A stretch of 63,918 nucleotides of DNA, filler included, from Corallochytrium limacisporum Hawaii (Eukaryota > Protista > Pluriformea), in NCBI GenBank assembly GCA_002811645.1. It is 4 parts of 4 records of this genome, joined end to end, with 100 filler letters (N's around TTAATTAATTAA, not from the genome) between each part and the next. Parts side by side here need not be neighbours in the genome. Positions count along the whole stretch, not along the records: positions 1 to 23,796 come from PDIP01000153.1; 3 more parts are not named here. One strand, written 5' to 3'. The notes below the pieces were generated by a model. It worked only from the letters and a program-made list of their open reading frames with translations, had not been told where the DNA came from and did not search any database. Of the stretch, positions 1 through 9,694 are shown piece by piece. A program made the translations under genes and the position numbers. Every line of letters starts with the position of its first letter. The stretch's first letter is position 1.

Positions 1-13
1 AACCCTAACCCTA
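1..13. repeat. Probable telomeric repeat remnant, (AACCCT)2 = TTAGGG type
   Basis: Window begins aaccctaacccta at base 1, C-rich strand at the 5' end as expected for a left chromosome end; only two units. Confidence 0.6.
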
Positions 14-454
14 TCTGAGTAGACGGTGACGGGATTGCGCTAGCGTGGTTGGATCCATCGGCCGTCCATCACAAAGCATGCATGCGACCGCAGGGTAGAG
101 TTGATCGAAGTGCCATCATAGCCTCCGATGCCCCTGCCACGGACAAAAATGCCTGCCAGGGGTGGTTTATCAGTCTCGAGCTGTTTACGCGGTTACCACA
201 GATATCAGATTCAAGTTGTCCACCCATTCGGTACATTTGCAACTAAAAGTTCTCGATTTGCGAATCATGTGCTGGGACTTCTTCGGAATCTCCCAATATA
301 CAACAAGGAAAGTTGTGCCACACAAGTCTTACGGACATAGATATGGTCCCCTCGTCTCCTCGTCATGAATAGTAAATTGCATCGTAATTCCAGAACTAAA
401 CCCCTCCCGCTCTGTCCGCGGGAAAAAGGTGTGGGAGGTGAGCAATTTAACGGT

Positions 455-700
455 TCCGGGATTTATTTGCCCGATGCATCTGAGTACATAATTTTCACTG
501 CATTGTTTTTCTTTCACGATGAACGTCTCATCTCCTATTTTTCCTTCAACAACCGGCATACAGGAGTGGTACATCGTCGTAGGCCAGAATACCTTTTTTT
601 CTTTCTGGACCTTCGAGGCAACCCCTTTACACAGTGACCAAAGCAGTCGAGCATGAAGTAATGTGGAAAGATAAACGACACGGACTGTCTTATCTCCGTG
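455..700 (-). mobile_element. Possible decayed non-LTR retrotransposon reverse-transcriptase fragment
   Basis: Minus-strand frames give EIRQ..LSTLL (696-), ILAYDDV (590-570) and GQINP (472-), in the order and spacing of GxRQG..LSPLLF / YADD / GLxIN; frameshifted and degenerate. Confidence 0.25.
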
Positions 701-2660
701 GGGTTCCACGTCTGGGATATCTTTTCCAATAGTACCCGAATACCAGTTTTCGTGACTCACAGAAATCCTGGTTCTCACTTTTGACTATATGGACTGTGGC
801 GGCTGTTTTCTTCCGTTCGTTAGCCTTTCAACCAGAGGCGCTGGGAACAGTCGACTCATTTCACATGGAATTGCGCCTGACATCTGTATCTCTTTGGCGA
901 AGACCCACATTGGAATTACTTTATGTGCCGGCGGACTATCTGAACACACGTTGACACGTCACCCAGGTTTACCGCGACAAAACGGATAGATCGTTGAAAT
1001 ATGAAAACCGGTTCATTCGGTACGGAATCCTAGTTTCCAAACCGATAAGCGATCTTGATTTGTCAATTTTTCATGCGAAGAGTTTGTGACTCATGGACTT
1101 GCTTCAAATCCATGGCCCCGTTTACTAAACGGTACGAAATCTTTCGTTGCGCAACACGACCCAACGGCAACGTCATTTGGCAATAAGCATATTAATGGCC
1201 TCTTCTTTGTACTTTGGAAAGAACGAGCCCTTCACCTAGAGTTGGACACGCCTTACAAAGGACGCTATTGTTTTCATCACTCATCTGAATCTATAGATCA
1301 TTCAAGAAAACATGAAGAGAAAATCAAAACTGCCCCGCTGTTGAATGGAAACCATACTCATCTATGTTTATTCGTAGGTCGTTGCAAACAATGGCATCAA
1401 AAAACTTGTGACGCAAAACTGGGACAAGGTTAACAGACCATACAGTCCAACATCTTACATCCACACAGATGCTAGATGTAATTTGTGGGGAACAAAGCGT
1501 TGTGTACTCGTAGTCTTTGTTGAGAATGCAGATTTGCCCGTTCCACTGCTCAGGTGAAGCCGAACGACCCTCTTCTGCTCTGACAATCGCATGTAATTGG
1601 AGATTAGGATATCATGCACCCCCTGTTGCCCACGGATATTGTAGCTTGTCCGTTTTTCAGACGAAGTATGTCCGCCTTATGCGTCCTGTCATAGAACAGC
1701 CTTGCTCCAAGAGAGCACCAGCAGTAACGTGGCAATAGTGTACTCACACGAATGGTATTGTATGATACGTGAAAACTATGATAAGAAACGGAACTTGGTG
1801 TTCCCAAACACATATTTATATATATGTATGTGTGTGTGTGGTCTTTGTTTGCACGCCCTCTGTCAAACCCCTCAATAGTATTGTACGGTGCTGGACAGCG
1901 CTTACGCGCCATTCATATCTATGTGTACAAGTTGTGGGGCCTTCGGCATGGTTTCTGATGAAAGAAGGAATAACCAACCCCCAAAGCTCTATCGATGACG
2001 GATCTCCTTGACAAAAAAAAAAACAAACATACGGCTGAGCACAGTGCTCATTGAACTTGCAATGGCTCGGCCATAGAACGACATAATTCCAATTTTGATA
2101 CTTAATGCTTCCGGGCTATTTCGCCTGAGCAGTCTCGTGATTCTTTGTTTGTTGGAAAACAATTAATGGACATCGGTTCGCCTTTCATTTCGTCTCCTTA
2201 TTCAGCTCCGTCACTATAACATGTTTTGTTGAGCTGGGTTCAATGCGCGCTAGTTGCCCAATGCATGGCGGAATACAAAAGCACCACTGACAGAAGGTTG
2301 GCACAGTGGCGGACTGTCACATAAGAAATGGGAACATTGCTACCAACTTCCGAATGCTCGCACCGCTGACCGCACTTGAAACACAATTGCCCGCCAAGTC
2401 AGCCTTTGGTGAAAATTACCGGATCTGGGGAACGCTTATGGAAGCAGCGGAGAAGGAGGGTTGTTCTCCTCCCCCCAGAGTGGGGAGGGGGGAACGCATC
2501 TGTTCCCTTCGCGCCGCGGATACAGCAGTGCGTCAAGTGGACTAGAAATTCTCTTCTATAGTCCCGATGGAAGGAATAGCGGAGTATTCAAGTAACATTC
2601 ATTTCATATGTGGCATGGGAACCGATGCAAGATAAGCTGGAATTCTTCAAGGATAGCACG

Positions 2661-2669
2661 GGTATTTAA
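2661..2669 (+). promoter_or_regulatory. TATA-like core promoter motif GGTATTTAA
   Basis: 91 nt upstream of ATG 2752; same motif at similar distance before most secreted-protein genes in the window. Confidence 0.6.
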
Positions 2670-2751
2670 GGATCTCGAGAACGATCTCTTGCATGTCCAA
2701 AGATTTGATCAAACACTCGCTAGTCGTTTTTCCTTTACACTTGAATCAAAC

Positions 2752-3306
2752 ATGAAGAACATTATCGCTTTCACATCCATGACTCTTCTAGCCATGGCAA
2801 ACTTTGCCATCGCTGGTCCTGTTCCTGGCGTTCCTGGTCTAGCTGCGGATGATGTTCCCACCTGTCCAGATGAATCCTACTGTGAGAGTATTTGCCATGG
2901 AGTCGGCGCACACTGCAGTTACGAGCAAGGCGGATACAATGAATACTGCAACGACAGTTGCACGGACGGTTGCTACCTGTGCTTCGGTGGTGACGAGGTT
3001 GAGGATGTTCCCACCTGTCCAGATGAATCCTACTGTGAGAGTATTTGCCATGGAGTCGGCGCACACTGCAGTTACGAGCAAGGCGGATACAATGAATACT
3101 GCAACGACAGTTGCACGGACGGTTGCTACCTGTGCTTCGGTGGTGACGAGGTTGAGGATGTTCCCACCTGTCCAGATGAATCCTACTGTGAGAGTATTTG
3201 CCATGGAGTCGGCGCACACTGCAGTTACGAGCAAGGCGGATACAATGAATACTGCAACGACAGTTGCACCGATGGTTGCTACCTTTGCTTTGGTGGTGAT
3301 CAGTGA
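2752..3306 (+). CDS. Secreted precursor with three tandem acidic 8-Cys modules
   Basis: ATG in tcaaacATG context, signal peptide MKNIIAF...AIA, short pro-region GPVPGVPGLAAD, 3 x 51-aa unit C-x5-C-x3-C-x6-C-x10-C-x3-C-x3-C-x2-C; paralogue at 41341-41583. Confidence 0.9.
   Translation: MKNIIAFTSMTLLAMANFAIAGPVPGVPGLAADDVPTCPDESYCESICHGVGAHCSYEQGGYNEYCNDSCTDGCYLCFGGDEVEDVPTCPDESYCESICHGVGAHCSYEQGGYNEYCNDSCTDGCYLCFGGDEVEDVPTCPDESYCESICHGVGAHCSYEQGGYNEYCNDSCTDGCYLCFGGDQ
2851..3300 (+). repeat. Coding tandem repeat, 153-bp unit x ~3
   Basis: Units start at 2851, 3004 and 3157; identical except five synonymous changes at the end of unit 3. Confidence 0.97.
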
Positions 3307-5403
3307 ATATTTTCATTTCCACCCGTCATGTCCCAGATATAGCCGTCCGTTGATCTCTCTAGGGACTATGTTTTCTATCCCTGATATAGTCCAGCTGATA
3401 TGCACCACAATATCTTGATCTAGAATCAATGGGTACTGCAATGAAATGACCACTGGGATAATACCAAACACCAGGACACAAAAAACCATGTTGTTCGCCC
3501 TAGCTTTGGTAAGCCATCTCCGTATTAAACACAACCATATCCTATCAAGCACATCCTAGAATGTCAATGTTTCGATGAAACTTGCTTTAATTAATCCCAA
3601 ATCATCAAATGATCGACGAATGCATGCTGCAAATACAGCATGCTTTGCCCCCGCGATGAGAATACCACAAAAGACTGGAATGAATACGACAGCTTTGGAG
3701 TGGCTTGGATACAGTTGGTCTGAACTTAGGAGTTATGATGGAGAACGGACGGGACATGATGTCTCGTATGTGTCATTTCGCAATGGACATGGCCAAAAGG
3801 CACGTAACTTTTGCAAAGATATTCATAGTCCCCGATAGTGTGATCGTATACGGGAGCGCAAAGACACTGGGACTTTAAGCTGAATTTGCCGATCGAAAAC
3901 AGGATCGTTAGGAACCGAACGATCAAATGCGTGCAGTGCGAAATAAAATGGACATATGTGAAGCGCAACATGCATGTCATGCAGGACAACATGCACAATA
4001 TGCAGAAGGCCTTTCGACGTGCACGTCCGCAAAATGTTGACCCATGAAACTTAGTTTTTGGCTCAAACTCTCTTGAATTCTGAAACCGAGGTTGGTACTC
4101 GTTACCTCATCGTTTGCCAGACAGAGCACCATCGGTGATAGGTTCGGATGCACCCTACTACGCGATATCCAAATAAACCACCTTAAAGTCGAGCACGGTA
4201 TAATAGCCATTCGCGTGGCGCTGTAAGAAAACCCTGTGGGTTCCCCTACCGTAATCAGGACGACAATCAATGACTGTGTTGATAAAGTGAATTTATGGTG
4301 CCAATTTGCAGGACTCAGTGGTCTGGCGAGTTGCAAATGGACATAAAACCACGGGGCTCCAGGGCTTGACCAAGGGAATGGCATAGCATCGGTTCTCGTA
4401 TTCAATGACCATGTTCTTCTTCAATGCACTGTGTTTATATTTGTAAAAGCAGAGTGTTTGGAGCCTGTGCATTTCACTAATTGCACCCGCTTCTTCACTG
4501 AGCGAGTTAAAAACGGACCCCTAACATAAATTGCTGAGGACAACGACGTCATTGGGCGAGCTACAATAGTTCATTACCAAACGGTCCCGCAGGACAACTC
4601 AACAGGTCTCATTTTGTTGTGGGCGAGCGCATTTGGTACTGCAAGCTTTTCCAAACAGTGCTGCCTCCGGTGGTACTATGAGCGCTTCGATTTTGTGGGC
4701 AAATTACCAATCAATCTGCTTCGCGGGCGTGAGATTTTTTTCCTTAAGGTCTTACTAGATCGTATGTGCAGAAGAATTTTCTGACCTGGCTGTAGGGCTA
4801 GAACTATGGAACAGCACGTGGAGTGTATCAAATGGGTAAGATGCACATCACCTAAGCCTAAGGTTCCTTTGTATACAATTGTTAGTGGAATAAGTCAGAT
4901 TGTCCTCAAGATACGGGGAAGGCAAAGTGGCAGGTGGAAAAATCACGATTGGTCCCCCGGCGCGTCATCTATGACCGTCTAGTCCGGATAGATGGACACC
5001 AGAAACTCCTCGTCTTGCCAAAAAAAAAAAAATGAAAGTAATTTTGTATGTCAGTTACTGAGGAAATAGACGCATTCTCGGCCTTGGAGCAATGGGGTTG
5101 TTCAATATAATTGGTGCCTGGGCGCAAGGACAAGCGGGTAGACAGGGGGAAAGCCCACCCACAGATGTGGGCGAGATCCTACGAGCAAGCGGGCGGATAG
5201 GCGGAAAGCCAACACAGATGTGACGAGCATTCAGGTGCTTTCACAGTGGACATGGCGGCATTCGCCGAAGATCTTGTACAGATGAGCTCCCAGACTGGTG
5301 TTCAGCTATTTATGCTCTCAATCCTCTATGGATCTCCGTAGTCTGGGATCTCTCAATTATAAAGAAGACGTTTGGCCGTGTCCATAGAGTACAGTATAGA
5401 ATC

Positions 5404-6315
5404 ATGAAGACGTTCACGGGATTTAATAGCGGCCTAATGATCCTTTGCCTCGTTGTCTCACAGTGGGCTGCAGAAGCGATGAGGACCCACTGCATATGGG
5501 ATAGAAATGGTCTTGCAGTAATTCCCGATAGTGTAATTCTAGGGCATCGAGAATTAGTTCCTGTTAAAGCCTTCCTTCAGCTCGCCCGGAAGGATGATGG
5601 TATCGATAGAGAAATTGGAGGTAGCACCAGAATCGCGTACCGCAGTAGCCACAGCTTCAAGTGCTGCCAGCCTGACTTAACTGGCGACGAAGGAGAGCCT
5701 GTTAGTGACAAGTACTACATGATCGAAACTTTTGGTGATGGAATGCTACGACTATTTTACACACATATCGGGGATGTCGCTCCTTACTGTGTTTACGCCA
5801 ATGGTACGAGCTTCAATGATACGGTAGCGCTGCAAAAAACTGTTGAAGACCGCAATGATATGTGGAAAGAAGATCCATGTGACCTTTTGGAATCTATCTG
5901 GGTAGCAACTCCGGCTAAGTTGAACGGCGTTGATGTGTTCACTTTGAGGCTTTATGGCACAGATCTCTACTTGGGAATTCCAAACGATGCGAACCCCCCA
6001 CCCAATGACTATTTCCTGGACACAGTTCTAGTCAACGAGGGTGACACCGGTATGTTCTACACTCGCTTTCTAGCAGTCTCTCCGGGGTCGGCCAATTATC
6101 CCCGTCAGATCAGCGAAGAGCATGAACTGGTTGATGTTTGCTGGATGAACTTCTGGACCCCGTACCAATGGACTGCCACAAACGAGGAGATTCTCGACCT
6201 CTACCCGGACTGTGCCAATGGATACAACTGGACCACCTGGGAGTATGTTGAATTCCCTGACGTTGAATCATTCATGGATCGAGAGGCGAATTACTGTATC
6301 AGCGCCAGTCAGTAA
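5404..6315 (+). CDS. Secreted protein of unknown family (paralogue of 54210-55115)
   Basis: 303-aa ORF with signal peptide; colinear similarity and eight shared cysteines with the 54210 ORF. Confidence 0.88.
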   Translation: MKTFTGFNSGLMILCLVVSQWAAEAMRTHCIWDRNGLAVIPDSVILGHRELVPVKAFLQLARKDDGIDREIGGSTRIAYRSSHSFKCCQPDLTGDEGEPVSDKYYMIETFGDGMLRLFYTHIGDVAPYCVYANGTSFNDTVALQKTVEDRNDMWKEDPCDLLESIWVATPAKLNGVDVFTLRLYGTDLYLGIPNDANPPPNDYFLDTVLVNEGDTGMFYTRFLAVSPGSANYPRQISEEHELVDVCWMNFWTPYQWTATNEEILDLYPDCANGYNWTTWEYVEFPDVESFMDREANYCISASQ

Positions 6316-7940
6316 TAACCCGTACACGTTCAGTTGAGCATAGATCACCTATAACATTTTTTTGACTATACCTGTCTCCACTAGAACCATTCATTACAGT
6401 CACACGTTCTTTGATTCAAATATGTTTAAACCAGAAGGGAACCTGTCATGGTCGCCTGTTCAGTAGTTGATAACGGCGGATTCATCTGCACCTCTTTTCC
6501 AGGGTGTGTAGGGTTTCTGGCCGCTTGATCATATGTAGATACAATGCTCTTGACATGGAAACGACATACATATCTACCCACTATGTCATTTTATTTGATG
6601 CCAGCTCAAGTTGCCATGTTGTGGTGTACTCAAAGTTGGGCCTCAATATGGTACAGTGTTCAGTGCAGTGATCACAAAGTGCCACCCTTTCCATGTGTAC
6701 TGAGAAGGTAAAAACTTGACTCCCCCCTGCTAGCGCCGCTGGTTTTGGCCAGTATATAGCCAGTGGCAGTGTATGGCTGAATGTAGAGCAACGGGATCAG
6801 CGACGCTGCCGTGGTGTGGGACCTCCACACAGACTCGGACAGCCAATCCTTCCAGTCCATTTGGAATGCAGGCAGTCTTAGCAAAGCCAAATTGATTTAT
6901 TGGATACCCGTATTTTACTTACAGATGGGTGCCCCCAAGGCACACGAGCACGATGTTCCACCGACTGTAAGAATCGTCTTCCACTCGCCCAATATGTCGT
7001 GCGTTTGTGACTTCGCTGTGCAGTGCCCACCGCACAGGGTGTAATATGGCTTTTCGTTTGGGACAGAACAGTATACCGTCAATCGATATCAGGTGCAGGA
7101 ACACGTCATTGATGCCAAGAAACCCTACCCCCAATGTCGGCCTCAGCGCACGGACCTCATCCAAAAGCAGCCAACGATCGGAGTTTTGGGCTCAATTTGT
7201 CTTTAGGCCAAAGCTCCTCGAGTTCAGCAAGAGTGGTTCGTACGACCTCCTCGGGGGTGTTGGGGGTGACCATTCAGTTGTTTCCACTGTTGGTTTTAAT
7301 GGTCATGTCGCCCATATTCTCATCTCCAATGTCGGTGGAGTACTGACGGGGTCGGAAAATGGTGTTTGGAAGAGGGGGGCTGGGAGGGAAAGGGGAGGCT
7401 AAACCCTCGAGCACAGTAACGTACGGGCCGGTCGTTATTGGCCAACATCACACATATGCTTGCTACATAATTGATATTTGGTCTCGCACGGTTCATAAAA
7501 TTGGAACTTTATGGAGCTTACACTGACAGGTGTTTGCTTTAGAAAAGCAGGACAAAGGAAGATTAATTCGTTGAATGTCTCAAGAGTTCGCAGTCAGTAA
7601 TGTCATGTAGCTGCCTCTAAGCGAGAGGGCGCTGAAGTGTTCGTCTTGTGCGTGACTTCCGTTAGGTTTGAGAGTGTTCAAGGACTGCAGTTCCAGTGTG
7701 CTCAACTGGTGAAATCTTTCGACTACCAGCCACTGGCATAGCTTAAGTCCAAGGCATATTCCGTGTTCCTAGAGAAGGCATTTTTATTCTCCGGATCGAG
7801 CAAGAGAAGGATCTGCTAGGTACTTCGGAAAGGGAAGAAACCTCAATTCTTATTTCAGGATTAAGTCAGATCGAATGAAAAGGTTGCGTATAGTAGCAAT
7901 AGTCCCTGTCTAGAATGCATTACAACAGACCATCGCAACT

Positions 7941-8891
7941 ATGAATGGAGGACTATTCGCCACCAAGTTGCTTGGCAGCATATTTGTGTTGATCTTGGGC
8001 TATGTGTGCACAGCTCTTCTCCCCCTTCATCTAAAGGAAAACAAGTCCATTCAATCAAAGGCCCAGTCCTTCTGTGGAGGTGTGTTCTTGGCTATTGGCT
8101 TCCTGCATATGCTTCCCGACGCCTCGGACACCCTGGAGTACAGCGACCGCACCTTTTTCATCCCTGACCCCGAGGGTGGCAAGAAAGCATTCCCTCTGTC
8201 CTTCCTCTTTCTGTGTATTATGATTCTCTTCATTCTTTTCCTCGAGAAAGTTCTGTTCCAGGGTCTGGATGAGGCCCTGGCCAAGCACGCGGACCAAGAA
8301 AGCCCCGCACGGTGTTGTGATGTCGAGGTAGGCAGAGTCTCCACTGTGTCGATTAGGAAGTCCATCGAGAATACGGAGATCCAAAAGGCTGACAGCTCAA
8401 GTGTGTCTTCTACCTACTGTGATGCGGACGAAAAGGACAAGCCAATTGCCTACATCATGCACCTCATTCTGTGCGTGCACTCCATCTTTGAAGGTGCTTC
8501 CGTTGGTCTGGCTGCCACTTTCCGGTCTGCTCTGGTCATCTGGATCGCAATCGTGGCCCACAAGGGATTCGAAGGCTTTGCTCTCGGGTGTGAGTTCATC
8601 AAGGTCGGACTGAAGCGCCACGTCCACGTCAAGCTTGCGGCCGTATATTCTTTGGCAGCTCCTCTTGGCATTGCTATCGGTGCTGGTACACAGGTGGCGC
8701 TAGAGGACACTAGCATCCTGCCATGGATTGATGGTATATTCAGCGCATTCGGTGGGGGCACGTTCGCATATCTGGCTTTGGTAATCGTGTTCGCTGAGTA
8801 CTTCAAGGGTGACAAGCACCAGCGCGTTACAAATTTCCTATCTATGTGCATTGGCTTCGTTCTCATGGCAGTGCCAGCAGTATTTTCATAA
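7941..8891 (+). CDS. ZIP (SLC39, ZRT/IRT-like) zinc/iron transporter
   Basis: GGVFLAIGFLHMLPD, HSIFEG and AHKGFEGFALG signature motifs; about eight hydrophobic segments. Confidence 0.95.
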   Translation: MNGGLFATKLLGSIFVLILGYVCTALLPLHLKENKSIQSKAQSFCGGVFLAIGFLHMLPDASDTLEYSDRTFFIPDPEGGKKAFPLSFLFLCIMILFILFLEKVLFQGLDEALAKHADQESPARCCDVEVGRVSTVSIRKSIENTEIQKADSSSVSSTYCDADEKDKPIAYIMHLILCVHSIFEGASVGLAATFRSALVIWIAIVAHKGFEGFALGCEFIKVGLKRHVHVKLAAVYSLAAPLGIAIGAGTQVALEDTSILPWIDGIFSAFGGGTFAYLALVIVFAEYFKGDKHQRVTNFLSMCIGFVLMAVPAVFS

Positions 8892-9694
8892 ATTCGTGTT
8901 TTGACCCTAGCAAGCCGATCACCTCATTCATTGAGTTACATCCAGCATCAGAGAGCAAGTAACCATAAATGACCTGCAGCACCGTGCCACGGTGAGACCG
9001 TACTCTGCAAAGTGGTCCATGGGTTGAACTATCAGAGCCGACATACGGAGGGGGGGGCTGAGAGACCGCGCGGGGCCAGGGGATTTTGGTTGGGGGCTGC
9101 CAGGTATTTGGTCATAATTCTAGAGTCGGAAGTTACCCCAGTCGGCACTGCGTACTTTAGTCTTTTAGGGCTTTCGCTGTAAGTTGCTCAGAAGTGTGTT
9201 CGGTCTCGATCTGACCCACTGCAATGCGCAGTCCAATGTGCTATCGTCAGCATATGGATTTTCTATCTTTCTAAAAGAGAAACCGACGCCGACCGGAGAC
9301 CGAGTGGAGTGAGAGCCCAGCCGGACGCGATGTCCTGTACCCAGGTTCTCACAGACTAAAGAAATTGTGTCTGCCCTGAGTTTATTCGTTTGTTAGCGGT
9401 GTACCGAGCCTTAGGATACATTTTAGCATCATAATTCATGAAGTATTCGAATACTATCGTACTACACTGGGGATAGTGTGCGCACAGAAGCTGGCGATAC
9501 AGTTGCCATACGTCGTCGCCGTGCGCTTCATAGCACTGAGCGTAAAACACCACGCGGACTTCGAAAAGAAAATATATTACTGTGTATAACTGGGGTATTG
9601 AATAGCAACAGACGCAACCGGAACAATATATTCGCTTGCAATTCTAATAGTGCCCATAAATTGCAAAGCTAAGTGACTTTTCCGCAGAATCGAC

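Noticed and set aside
2608-2751. N-terminal extension of the repeat protein in the ORF track
   Set aside because: Signal peptide and paralogue alignment start at ATG 2752, and the promoter motif lies inside the extension
2771-3418. Overlapping repetitive ORFs in other frames
   Set aside because: Shadows of the 153-bp coding repeat; variation is synonymous only in the Cys-rich frame
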